Positions 6,628-15,125 of a stretch of 48,380 bases of DNA are shown in pieces; position 1 is the stretch's first letter, and each line of letters opens with the position of its first letter. The DNA is from a virus: IMG/VR virus record IMGVR_UViG_3300039344_000030, positions 1 through 48,380 of that record, one strand, 5' to 3'. The position numbers were made by a program, and so were the translations under genes. The notes beneath the pieces were generated by a model that was not told where the DNA came from, ran no database searches, and saw only the letters and a list, made by a program, of their open reading frames with translations.

Positions 6628-9354
6628 GTGGGTAATTATTTTGATTTACACAGACATGACGAAACTTCTTTCTTTGATGGATTCGGAAAACCAATTGAAT
6701 TAGCGAGAAGGGCAAAGGAATTGGGATATACAGCATTAGGGTTGAGCAATCATGGAAACATAACAGGATTGGTGCAACACTGGTTGGCGTGTAAGGAGGT
6801 AGGAATCAAACCAATATTAGGGTGTGAAGTTTATTTCCAACCAAAGTTTAACAAAAAGAATCCACAGAGAAAGTCTTACCATTTGTGTTTGTTTGCACAA
6901 AACAAAACAGGATATGAAAACTTGTGTCACATTATGACAGAAGCAAATGTAGAACAATTCTATTACAAACCAATTGTTGATTTTGGGTTATTGGAGAAGT
7001 ATGCAGATGGGTTGATATGTTCTACTGCTTGTATTGCATCAGCAACAAGCCAAGCGATTGTGAATGGTAATGTTGAAACAGCAGGAAAATTGCTTGACAA
7101 GTTCAAGGATATTTTTGGCAACAACCTGTATGTGGAGATTCAGCCATACAAGATTGACAAAAAGGGAACACAACAGAAAACAGATTATGTTTTGATGAAG
7201 TTAGCAATGGAACGGAAAATCAAGTGTATACTAACATCAGACAGTCATTTTGGAAGTAAGGAAGATTTTGACACCTATTGTAAGATGCACGAAATCGGGA
7301 AAACAACACTTGATGTAAAGAACACATATTCAGAAAGGTATATGCCTAGCGAGTATGAAATAGAAGAACGATTTGCAACAATCTACAAGAACAAGTTTAA
7401 GGATGCCTTTAAGGTTGCAGAAATGTTCGTTGACAATTTAAAGAAGTTACAGGATAGCGTGGAAGAAGATATACTTTCGCAATGTGAGTTGGTTCTGCCA
7501 AAGATTGAAACAAATGGAGAATCAAGCGAAACAGTGTTGCGTAAGATGGTACAAAGAGGATTGAAGAAGCGAGGGAAGAACACAAAACAGTACATACAGA
7601 GGTGTAAACAGGAACTTGATGTGATACATTATCATGGGTTCGATGATTATTTCCTCATGGTGCAAGACTATGTAAATTGGGCGAGAGAACATAACATAGC
7701 AGTTGGACCGGGGAGAGGTTCTGCTTGCAATTGTTTGGTTGCGTATGCAATCGGGATAACGGATGTTGACAGCATTAAGTACAAACTTGATTTTAGCCGA
7801 TTTATGAGGAAGGAAAAAAAGAAGTTACCAGACATAGACGTTGATTTTGAAACAGATAGACGACAAGATGTGATTGACTATGTTGTGAACAAGTATAAGG
7901 GGCAAGCAGTACAGATATGTTCTTATGGGGAATATAAGATTGACAACCTTGTGAATGACCTTGCAGGGGTATGTGGGTTGCCTACAAGCGGAAAGGAATT
8001 AGACGAGTACGACAAGGAACAAAACAAAAAGGTAGTTGCAGAAATCAAACGATTTATACGAGAGTATGAAGAGGACGGAAGATTGAATATGCAGTTACTC
8101 ATGGAGGATGAAAGAACAGAAGAGTATAACAGTCAGTATGATAAAATTATGAAACACTTTTCCAAGCTGTTTGGGAAAATTCGATACTTAGGAAAACATG
8201 CCGCAGGTGTGGCAGTGGTTGGTTCTGATATATCGAATTATACAGCGGTGATTCGCAAGGGTGATATGTTCAGCAGTAGTTATGACCTTAACGATTTGGA
8301 ACATATCAATTGTACAAAGTTCGATATGTTAGGACTTAAAACAATGTCAGAGTTGCGAGAGTTGGAAGAGTATACACATCATGTTGTTACAGACGAAGAT
8401 AGAGAGGAACAAGAAATATATGATAGTTTCCGAGATGGGAAAACAGACGGTATATTTCAGATGGAGAAATCAGCACCAAAGAAGATTCTGGACATGATAC
8501 AGTGTGATTGCATTGAAGATGTAATTGCGGTTAATGCGCTGAACAGACCAGCACCGTTACAATTAAAGATGCACGAAACATACGCATATAACAAACTGTC
8601 TGGAAATGTAGACAGAAGTACACCGTACTATAAGTATACGAAAGAAACATACGGAACGATGTTGTACCAAGAACAGACGGTTGAGGTTGCACAGAAATTG
8701 GGGCATCTGACACCACAGCAAAGTTTTGATTTGCTAAAGATTATGAAAAAGGCAGAGAATCAGAACAAACCAGAGTATATACCAATCATTGAACAGATGA
8801 AGAAAGACTTTTTCAAAGGTTGTAGAAGTGAAGGACTTACGAAGGAACAGGCAACAGAGATTTGGGCGAGTATGCTTATCTATGGTTTCAACAAAGGACA
8901 TAGCACAGGGTATACGATTATCAGCGTAGACCAGATGTGGTATAAGATACACCATCCTGCTGAGTTCTGGTATGTCAAAATGAAGTATGCAGGGAATGAT
9001 GCTGATTTACACAAGTATTCACAGTTTGCGGTAAAGGACAATGCGGTTGTAATGTTACCTCATGTGAATTATACAGCAGAAACAAGTATGCGTATGATGG
9101 ATGGAGAAAATGTTATACAGCAGGGGTTGAGCATTATTAAGGGAATTGGAGAAAAAGCGGCAGAAGCAATCGAACATGAAAGAAAGGAACATGGAGTGTT
9201 CCGAGACTATGATGATTTTTACGACAGGTGCAAAGGAAGAACAGTAACAACAAGAGTGATTGACATTTTAAAGGAACAGGGAGCATTGGAGTTTAACAAG
9301 CGGCGTTACCTGTCAAGGGTGGTAAAATATAATAGCAGTTTGTTGGGACGTTAA
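6628..9354 (+). CDS. dnaE: DNA polymerase III alpha-type replicative polymerase (PHP domain plus pol core), compact 908 aa
   Basis: N-terminal PHP motif DLHRHDETSFFDG...LSNHGN. DnaE-like GPGRGSACNCLVAYAIGIT, DIDVDF, HAAGV. GTG start after GGAAGGAG. Confidence 0.85.
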   Translation: MGNYFDLHRHDETSFFDGFGKPIELARRAKELGYTALGLSNHGNITGLVQHWLACKEVGIKPILGCEVYFQPKFNKKNPQRKSYHLCLFAQNKTGYENLCHIMTEANVEQFYYKPIVDFGLLEKYADGLICSTACIASATSQAIVNGNVETAGKLLDKFKDIFGNNLYVEIQPYKIDKKGTQQKTDYVLMKLAMERKIKCILTSDSHFGSKEDFDTYCKMHEIGKTTLDVKNTYSERYMPSEYEIEERFATIYKNKFKDAFKVAEMFVDNLKKLQDSVEEDILSQCELVLPKIETNGESSETVLRKMVQRGLKKRGKNTKQYIQRCKQELDVIHYHGFDDYFLMVQDYVNWAREHNIAVGPGRGSACNCLVAYAIGITDVDSIKYKLDFSRFMRKEKKKLPDIDVDFETDRRQDVIDYVVNKYKGQAVQICSYGEYKIDNLVNDLAGVCGLPTSGKELDEYDKEQNKKVVAEIKRFIREYEEDGRLNMQLLMEDERTEEYNSQYDKIMKHFSKLFGKIRYLGKHAAGVAVVGSDISNYTAVIRKGDMFSSSYDLNDLEHINCTKFDMLGLKTMSELRELEEYTHHVVTDEDREEQEIYDSFRDGKTDGIFQMEKSAPKKILDMIQCDCIEDVIAVNALNRPAPLQLKMHETYAYNKLSGNVDRSTPYYKYTKETYGTMLYQEQTVEVAQKLGHLTPQQSFDLLKIMKKAENQNKPEYIPIIEQMKKDFFKGCRSEGLTKEQATEIWASMLIYGFNKGHSTGYTIISVDQMWYKIHHPAEFWYVKMKYAGNDADLHKYSQFAVKDNAVVMLPHVNYTAETSMRMMDGENVIQQGLSIIKGIGEKAAEAIEHERKEHGVFRDYDDFYDRCKGRTVTTRVIDILKEQGALEFNKRRYLSRVVKYNSSLLGR

Positions 9355-9373
9355 AATGTTTCATGTGAAACGT
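9355..9373 (+). repeat. 19-nt element AATGTTTCATGTGAAACGT, copy 1, containing palindrome GTTTCA-TG-TGAAAC
   Basis: Identical to 30217..30235. Starts 1 nt after the dnaE stop. Opens an 11-codon mini-ORF MFHVKRTKQRW (9356-9391). Confidence 0.8.
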
Positions 9374-9395
9374 ACAAAACAAAGGTGGTGAGAAA

Positions 9396-9725
9396 ATGGA
9401 ACAGTATATGCCAGAACATGAGTATTCGCACAAGGTTGATGAACTGAGACAGAACAGAGTGGAAACATCTTTTTACAAATATGGTTCTGCGAGACGTAAC
9501 TTCGGAAGAGGATATGTCAATGCATTAGGAAGCCATGAAAAGTGCATAGAAGCATATAACAGAACAGGGAACAAGGAATATTTGCTTGATGCTATGAATT
9601 ACCTTATGTTTGAATTTATGTACCCACAGAAAGATGGTGCATTTTTCAGACCGACAGAGAGTAAGGACAGTGCAGGAATTGTTGGAATCAGCGAGAAAGA
9701 AATGGAGAGATTAAAAGATGGCTAA
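9396..9725 (+). CDS. Hypothetical protein
   Basis: SD AGGTGGTGA, 109-aa ORF. Confidence 0.6.
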   Translation: MEQYMPEHEYSHKVDELRQNRVETSFYKYGSARRNFGRGYVNALGSHEKCIEAYNRTGNKEYLLDAMNYLMFEFMYPQKDGAFFRPTESKDSAGIVGISEKEMERLKDG

Positions 9726-10653
9726 CAAAACAAAGGGAATTAACAAAGCAGGAATTATGAAGTTGTGTTCCGAGATTGCAAAGAAAGAAGGAGAAGGAAC
9801 GGTTTACAGTTTGGGAAGTAAAAACGGAGTGTTACGAATACCCCGTTGGAGTACAGGGCTTCCAGATTTAGATGCTATCATAGGTGGAGGAATACCGAAA
9901 GGCAGAACAATAGAAATATTCGGAGCAGAATCAGCAGGGAAAACAACACTTGCGTATCAGTTTTGCGCCCAGCATGAAATGTGCCTTGACATTCCGATTG
10001 AAGGTACGTTTGATGCGAACAGAGCAAGGTTGTTTGGAAACACACCAAAACAGATGTTGGTATACAGAGCAAGGTATGGGGAAAAGGCTTTCAACAGGGC
10101 AATCAGATTTGCGGAAGAGGGTATACCCATGATTGTGATTGATAGTGTTCCATCCATGCAACCGAAAGATGATATTGACAAAATTAGAAAAGCAGTGAAC
10201 ACAGATAGTGAACAAGAAATGCGGATAGGTGGAGTTGCAAGGCTCATGGACAAATATTTGCCTACACTTGAAGATGTGATTGAACAAACAGGAACAACGG
10301 TTGTGTTTATAAACCAGATTCGGGATAAGATGAACGCATTGCCTTTTGGAGATAACATACAAACACCCGGCGGTCATAAGTTGAAACATAGCGCAAGTCT
10401 TAGAATACAGGTTGCAAGAAAAGGATATATTGACATTCCGAACCATAACCCTTATAATAGTGCAAGCAAAGAAACAATTGGCATGATTATGAAGTGCAAG
10501 GTTGTCAAGTCAAAGGTTTGCAATCCAAAAGGTGAGTGTGAGATACCTTTGTTTTATGATAGGGGGTTTGTGGATTTTGCAGACCTTGACAGAGTGCGAA
10601 AAGAAATAATGGAAGAACACAAGAGAATGTATAAGGAAATGTTAGAAGATTGA
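9718..10653 (+). CDS. recA: RecA-family recombinase
   Basis: GGGIPKGRTIEIFGAESAGKTTLA (Walker A), MIVIDSV (Walker B), FINQIRDKM...TPGGHKLKHSASLRIQV matching RecA L2/core. Confidence 0.85.
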   Translation: MANKTKGINKAGIMKLCSEIAKKEGEGTVYSLGSKNGVLRIPRWSTGLPDLDAIIGGGIPKGRTIEIFGAESAGKTTLAYQFCAQHEMCLDIPIEGTFDANRARLFGNTPKQMLVYRARYGEKAFNRAIRFAEEGIPMIVIDSVPSMQPKDDIDKIRKAVNTDSEQEMRIGGVARLMDKYLPTLEDVIEQTGTTVVFINQIRDKMNALPFGDNIQTPGGHKLKHSASLRIQVARKGYIDIPNHNPYNSASKETIGMIMKCKVVKSKVCNPKGECEIPLFYDRGFVDFADLDRVRKEIMEEHKRMYKEMLED

Positions 10654-10817
10654 TGCACTTTTATTGTATCAGATTCAACAGAACATACATTGATGATGGT
10701 AGTGCAGAACATAGGTTTTTCGTTTATGCGGAAACAAAACTGAAAGCAGTGAAGAGATTCTGCACTACCACAGGTTACAAAAGTGCTTGCATTATTTCTG
10801 TCCATATGGTATCATAG
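10653..10817 (+). CDS. Possible small ORF (54 aa) coupled to recA by TGATG
   Basis: ATG overlaps the recA stop. Peptide MHFYCIRFNRTYIDDGSAEHRFFVYAETKLKAVKRF.... Contains a 13-bp inverted repeat and overlaps the next promoter. Uncertain. Confidence 0.3.
   Translation: MHFYCIRFNRTYIDDGSAEHRFFVYAETKLKAVKRFCTTTGYKSACIISVHMVS
10787..10815 (+). promoter_or_regulatory. Sigma-A-type promoter
   Basis: TTGCAT-17-(TGg)TATCAT. Confidence 0.5.
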
Positions 10818-10840
10818 AGAAAAGAAGGAGAACAAAACAA

Positions 10841-11653
10841 ATGGGATTGATGGACGAAATCAAACGAGAAGCAGAAGGGAATCGAACAAAGATACAAAGC
10901 AGTCAAGAAGCAGAATTGGAACATAAGTTGAACGCATTGCATTATCTGGATAAGGACATCAAGAAAGAATTGCAGTTCTTAAAATCAGTAATGACAAGAG
11001 GGCAGGAAACAGCAGAGAGGAAAGGACTTCATGCGAGTGCTATTATTGTTTCCGATGATAAGTTTTGTTACAGACAGCAAGTGTTGAGTTTGTTTTACAA
11101 ACAGGCACAGGGAGAACAAGTACCAGTTGGGTTGAAGCGGATATTTTCAGAGGGTGATGCAATCCATGAAAAGTGGCAACGCTTGTTTATTCGTGGAGGA
11201 TATGCAGAACCGTTAGATTGTGATTATAGCAGATTCAATGAAGAATTTGACCTTTCCTATACGCCAGACATTATTTGTGATATAGACGGTGTAGAAATGG
11301 TTGGAGAAATAAAGTCAGTAAACACGTTCCAGTTTAAAAAACAGAAATATCATGTATCTGGAAGGAAGCAGTTACAGTTGTATATGTATTTAACAGACAT
11401 CCATGATGGTTTTGTTTTGTGTGAGGATAAGAACACACAAGAAATAAAAGTATATTTGTATAAGTTCAATTACAAAGAGGTTGAACCATACATAGCAAGA
11501 TTGGAGAAAGTACAGTATTACAAACACAGACTTGAAACAAAAGGGAAGCTTGTGCAGAGACATGAAAAGTGTACAGGGTATCATTGCAAGATGGCAGAAC
11601 AATGTCCGATGCGTGAAGTATGTTACGGAAAGAAAAAAGAAAGATTAAAATAG
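10841..11653 (+). CDS. PD-(D/E)XK Cas4/RecB-like exonuclease with Cys cluster
   Basis: N-terminal FCYRQQ Cys. D...EIK catalytic motif (PDIICDIDGVEMVGEIKSV), QLQLY motif, C-terminal CTGYHCKMAEQCPMREVC. SD GAAGGAG before ATG 10841. Confidence 0.7.
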   Translation: MGLMDEIKREAEGNRTKIQSSQEAELEHKLNALHYLDKDIKKELQFLKSVMTRGQETAERKGLHASAIIVSDDKFCYRQQVLSLFYKQAQGEQVPVGLKRIFSEGDAIHEKWQRLFIRGGYAEPLDCDYSRFNEEFDLSYTPDIICDIDGVEMVGEIKSVNTFQFKKQKYHVSGRKQLQLYMYLTDIHDGFVLCEDKNTQEIKVYLYKFNYKEVEPYIARLEKVQYYKHRLETKGKLVQRHEKCTGYHCKMAEQCPMREVCYGKKKERLK

Positions 11654-11662
11654 TTTATTTTA

Positions 11663-11695
11663 GGGGTTGACTTTGTTCAACCCTTTTGTTATAAT
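11663..11695 (+). promoter_or_regulatory. Overlapping terminator hairpin and promoter
   Basis: GGGTTGA-CTTTGT-TCAACCC + TTTT. The -35 TTGACT (11667) is in the 5' arm. TATAAT at 11690, then AGAATC. Confidence 0.65.
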
Positions 11696-11719
11696 AGAAT
11701 CAGAACAGGAGAAAACAAC

Positions 11720-12223
11720 ATGAGTAAATATTGCAAGCCTATGGGTTTATATGTTACATATTTAGATTGCATGGAATGTGAGGACAAAGAATGTATAACA
11801 AAACGAGAAGAACAAACAAATGCAAGTATGGAAGAACAGTTACAGAGAAAGATTGCATCATCTGCACAATGTATGGAAGGTGTGAACTCACAGAAAGGAG
11901 AACAAGAAGGGATGAAAAAGGTTTACCTCTTAGTAGACATAGGAACTGAATTGTTCCTAGTGTTTGCTTCAAAAAGAGAAGGATATACAAAGAACATAGT
12001 TTTTCGTGCAGAGGTTGTGAAAGCAACAGTTGACAAAGATGGAGTAACATATAATTGTGAAATCAATCGTTGCATGAATGACAAGACGGTGGATGTAAAC
12101 AAGTATGTAAAGTTCTATATGTTCAGAAATTCAAACATTGATACTGGACATAGAGGGATGGACAAACAATATTATCCAGTGTTTACAACAAAGGAGGGGT
12201 GCTTACAATGGCTAAGGGGATAA
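11720..12223 (+). CDS. Hypothetical protein
   Basis: 167-aa ORF, SD GGAG upstream. Confidence 0.6.
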   Translation: MSKYCKPMGLYVTYLDCMECEDKECITKREEQTNASMEEQLQRKIASSAQCMEGVNSQKGEQEGMKKVYLLVDIGTELFLVFASKREGYTKNIVFRAEVVKATVDKDGVTYNCEINRCMNDKTVDVNKYVKFYMFRNSNIDTGHRGMDKQYYPVFTTKEGCLQWLRG

Positions 12224-12777
12224 CATGTGCGAATTGTTGTTATCTGGACAAAACAGAAAAGGTACAGACAGGGGTGATGTACAAATATGGTTGTAGAAGT
12301 CACCATGCGTATATGGGACACATTACAGGTTGGTTGAGTTCAGACAGTGGGCTAAAACAAATGGGGTGTAGTGAATCAAACAAATTATGTTTTGGGACAG
12401 TGTTTGGAGTGAGGAAAACCGAAAAGAATCCATCATGCAGATACATCTATCTTGGAACGGTTGGAAAACATTTTAAAAAGCGTTGCCTGTACAATCTGAC
12501 ATGGAAGCAGAAAGAATGTGTTGACGATGATTGGATAGAGGGAAAGAACATACTCATATATGATTATCAAAACCTATATGTGGTATATCAACATAAAAAC
12601 AGTTATGGATTGACAGGGGTTGAGAACCTGTTGAGAATGGAAACAAAAGAAAGCAAAACAATGATTCGTGAAGGAATTATAACAGTATTGCGAGCAGATG
12701 GAATTGAACAGGCAAGAAAGTTGCAAAAGAAAGCGATTGAACGATGGGAAGATGAAAACATATTACCGTTCAATTAG
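12208..12777 (+). CDS. Hypothetical protein (Cys-containing N-terminus)
   Basis: ATG 12208 lies 8-10 nt after AAGGAGGGG. The track start GTG 12199 overlaps the SD. Confidence 0.6.
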   Translation: MAKGITCANCCYLDKTEKVQTGVMYKYGCRSHHAYMGHITGWLSSDSGLKQMGCSESNKLCFGTVFGVRKTEKNPSCRYIYLGTVGKHFKKRCLYNLTWKQKECVDDDWIEGKNILIYDYQNLYVVYQHKNSYGLTGVENLLRMETKESKTMIREGIITVLRADGIEQARKLQKKAIERWEDENILPFN

Positions 12778-12792
12778 AAGGAGGTGGAAGGG

Positions 12793-13428
12793 TTGCACGA
12801 TTATGTGATAGGTATAGACCAATCGTACACAAGAACAGGAATTACGGTATTAAAGAACAAAGAAGTTGTTGAGATGTTCAGCCTTGAATATGAATATTGC
12901 AATAACAATTCAGAAAAAAGAACAGCACTTGAAAACACGCTAAATGAAATTATGATAGACCATAACATAGCAAATCCATTAGTGATAACAGAACGTATCC
13001 GTCTGCGTTCGCAAGGGTTTCTGTCAGAAGCGTACATCAAGTCAACAGGAGCGTTGATTGCCACAATCATTGATTTCTTCCATTATTACAATGAAATACC
13101 AGTGTACAGTGTTGATACACGTTCATGGAAGTCTCAAATTGTAGGAAGTAGCAAACCGTTAGACAATCCGTATGGAATCAATCCAGAGAAGTACCGTACC
13201 GTTTGTTATTTACGGGATAGGGGGCTTTTAAAGTATATTGTGAAAGAATATAAGGGGAAGGGAAAGAAGGGCATTATAGACGTAAAAATGGAGGTCAGAG
13301 AGGGCAAGAAAAAGGTCAGAAAGAAAGTACCATGCGAAATCAATGACGACTTAGCAGATTCTTACTGCATTGCCTTATATGGGTATCTTCCTAAAACAAA
13401 ACAAAAGTTGAAGGAGGAACGGTTTTGA
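12793..13428 (+). CDS. RuvC-like Holliday-junction resolvase
   Basis: VIGIDQSYTRTGITVL and DDLADSYCIALYG catalytic-Asp motifs. TTG 12793 is 8 nt after GGAGG. The alternative GTG 12784 overlaps the SD. Confidence 0.6.
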   Translation: MHDYVIGIDQSYTRTGITVLKNKEVVEMFSLEYEYCNNNSEKRTALENTLNEIMIDHNIANPLVITERIRLRSQGFLSEAYIKSTGALIATIIDFFHYYNEIPVYSVDTRSWKSQIVGSSKPLDNPYGINPEKYRTVCYLRDRGLLKYIVKEYKGKGKKGIIDVKMEVREGKKKVRKKVPCEINDDLADSYCIALYGYLPKTKQKLKEERF

Positions 13429-13577
13429 CATTACAGGAATATGAAGAGATTAAAAACAGTTTGTTGAAGAAGAGGAAAAAGGGAAACATAACAAACAAAG
13501 AACAGGGATATAATGAAGGTATTGAAACTGCTGTTTCAAAGATAAGGGAAGTATATAAGCGACAGTTTAGGGTGTGA
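13425..13577 (+). CDS. Small hypothetical protein (50 aa)
   Basis: TTG start 6-7 nt after GAAGGAGGA. Overlaps the resolvase stop. Confidence 0.4.
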   Translation: MTLQEYEEIKNSLLKKRKKGNITNKEQGYNEGIETAVSKIREVYKRQFRV

Positions 13578-13621
13578 ATAATCATGCCCTAATTTTATTG
13601 CAACAAATCAAAACAAAACGC

Positions 13622-13650
13622 TTTACATTGTTCTGGATGTGTGTTACTAT
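13622..13650 (+). promoter_or_regulatory. Sigma-A-type promoter
   Basis: TTTACA-17-TACTAT. Confidence 0.45.
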
Positions 13651-13697
13651 ATAATCAAGAAATGAAGAAAACAACACAATTGAAGGAGGAACAAGAA

Positions 13698-13982
13698 ATG
13701 ACAGTTACATACACAGAGTACAGGCATGATAAAGATGTATTTTTCAGAAAACATAGAAATGATTTTGATTGCGAAACAAGTCCGATGGATGAATATGGAA
13801 GGTATCACAAAACATATACATTCAAAGATGGAGCAACTTGGTATGAAACAATGTTTCCAGAATATGTGAAACAGAATGTAGAAATTAAATTGTGTAACGT
13901 AGAGATTGAAATTAAAATGTTTGTGACAGAGTTCTGGAATACAGATAAAAGCGAAACAAAAAGATATTATGAAAAGTTTTAG
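13698..13982 (+). CDS. Hypothetical protein
   Basis: ATG 13698 after GAAGGAGGA. The track start 13641 lies in the promoter region. Confidence 0.6.
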   Translation: MTVTYTEYRHDKDVFFRKHRNDFDCETSPMDEYGRYHKTYTFKDGATWYETMFPEYVKQNVEIKLCNVEIEIKMFVTEFWNTDKSETKRYYEKF

Positions 13983-14008
13983 GATTGAGAAATCAATCCT
14001 TTTCTTTT
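13981..14008 (+). terminator. Rho-independent terminator
   Basis: AGGATTGA-GAAA-TCAATCCT + TTTCTTTT. Confidence 0.75.
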
Positions 14009-14021
14009 GCAACAAAAGCGG

Positions 14022-14050
14022 TTGACAATAGAACAAGATAAATGTATAAT
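14022..14050 (+). promoter_or_regulatory. Sigma-A-type promoter
   Basis: TTGACA-17-(TG)TATAAT. Confidence 0.7.
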
Positions 14051-14142
14051 ATAACCATAGAGTTAAGCAGAGATGGTTGGCAAACACTCAAGGTGCAACA
14101 ATATATGAATCAAACAAAAACAAAGAAATTTAACAAAACGTG

Positions 14143-14171
14143 TTTACATTTGTTTTGTGTTGTGTTATGAT
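14143..14171 (+). promoter_or_regulatory. Sigma-A-type promoter (second of a tandem pair)
   Basis: TTTACA-17-TATGAT. Confidence 0.5.
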
Positions 14172-14217
14172 ATAGTCACAAAGGAAATGGAGAACAAAAC
14201 GAGAAGGAGTTAAAAAC

Positions 14218-15024
14218 ATGAGAAAGTATAAAACAGATGAAGGGATTTGTGTTACAGAATTTCAGAACATCACAGAGTTGGTGCATTTCATAGAGACAGA
14301 AGAGGTTTATCCGAATTTTAAAAACAAGATAGGTGGACCAGACAGTATCAGCGGAGACAAGAGTTTTACAGAAACGGCGAATTTTGAAGAAGCGAAAGAC
14401 CTTTTGTTACATGGTTGGGAACATGGAACGAAAGAAATAAAAGGAAGAGTAGAAGCAAAGAATACAGGTACGAGTATGAAACAAAAAACAGTTTATGATG
14501 TCGCAGGGTTTCAATGTTCTGTACCAAGATATTTGCAGGGGATTCCTACAAACATGATTAACAAGAAAGCAGTTTCACAGAAAAACAAGGTGATTACAAT
14601 AAACAAAATGTGTTCCTATTCTGCTTGTGTAAGTAGTTCTACAATTAAAACAGAAAGTGTAAAGGTATTACAACTTGTGAACAGGATGGAAAAACAAGGG
14701 TATAGAGTGAACCTCAATGTGCTGTTTGGTTCTGAAAAAGGAATGACAAAAAGTGTTGTCAAATTACGCATAAAATCATCCGCACAGAAGCTGAACATCA
14801 AGCAGACAGCGTTTCCGTTGGTTCATCCTAGTATGTTGAGAAGGGTTGTTTTTGCAGTGTGGGAACGTAGCGAAGAATGTTCCAAAGGTGGTTTTGAGTA
14901 TGGATATGGCAGACCTTCTGGAAGGGGAACTTACGAAAGGGTTCTGAACAAGGGCGAGTATTTGATTCCTGCGGAGTTAGCAGAAACAGAGATTACAGAT
15001 ATTGAAAAGTATAAAATAAATTAA
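14218..15024 (+). CDS. Hypothetical protein, partner of the downstream AAA+ ATPase
   Basis: 268-aa ORF, SD GAAGGAG. No motif I can assign. Confidence 0.65.
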   Translation: MRKYKTDEGICVTEFQNITELVHFIETEEVYPNFKNKIGGPDSISGDKSFTETANFEEAKDLLLHGWEHGTKEIKGRVEAKNTGTSMKQKTVYDVAGFQCSVPRYLQGIPTNMINKKAVSQKNKVITINKMCSYSACVSSSTIKTESVKVLQLVNRMEKQGYRVNLNVLFGSEKGMTKSVVKLRIKSSAQKLNIKQTAFPLVHPSMLRRVVFAVWERSEECSKGGFEYGYGRPSGRGTYERVLNKGEYLIPAELAETEITDIEKYKIN

Positions 15025-15043
15025 AAATATTTTAAAATAACTA

Positions 15044-15072
15044 TTGACTTTTATATATTGTTATATTATAAT
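15044..15072 (+). promoter_or_regulatory. Sigma-A-type promoter in a very AT-rich spacer
   Basis: TTGACT-17-TATAAT. Confidence 0.6.
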
Positions 15073-15125
15073 ATAGTTACAAGGTAAGAGATAAAACAAA
15101 ACAATCAGTGAAGGAGAAAAGGAAA

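Noticed and set aside
15020-15075. The extremely AT-rich spacer as a replication origin
   Set aside because: I found no iterons or DnaA-box-like repeats. The region is fully accounted for by a consensus promoter and its upstream A/T tract.
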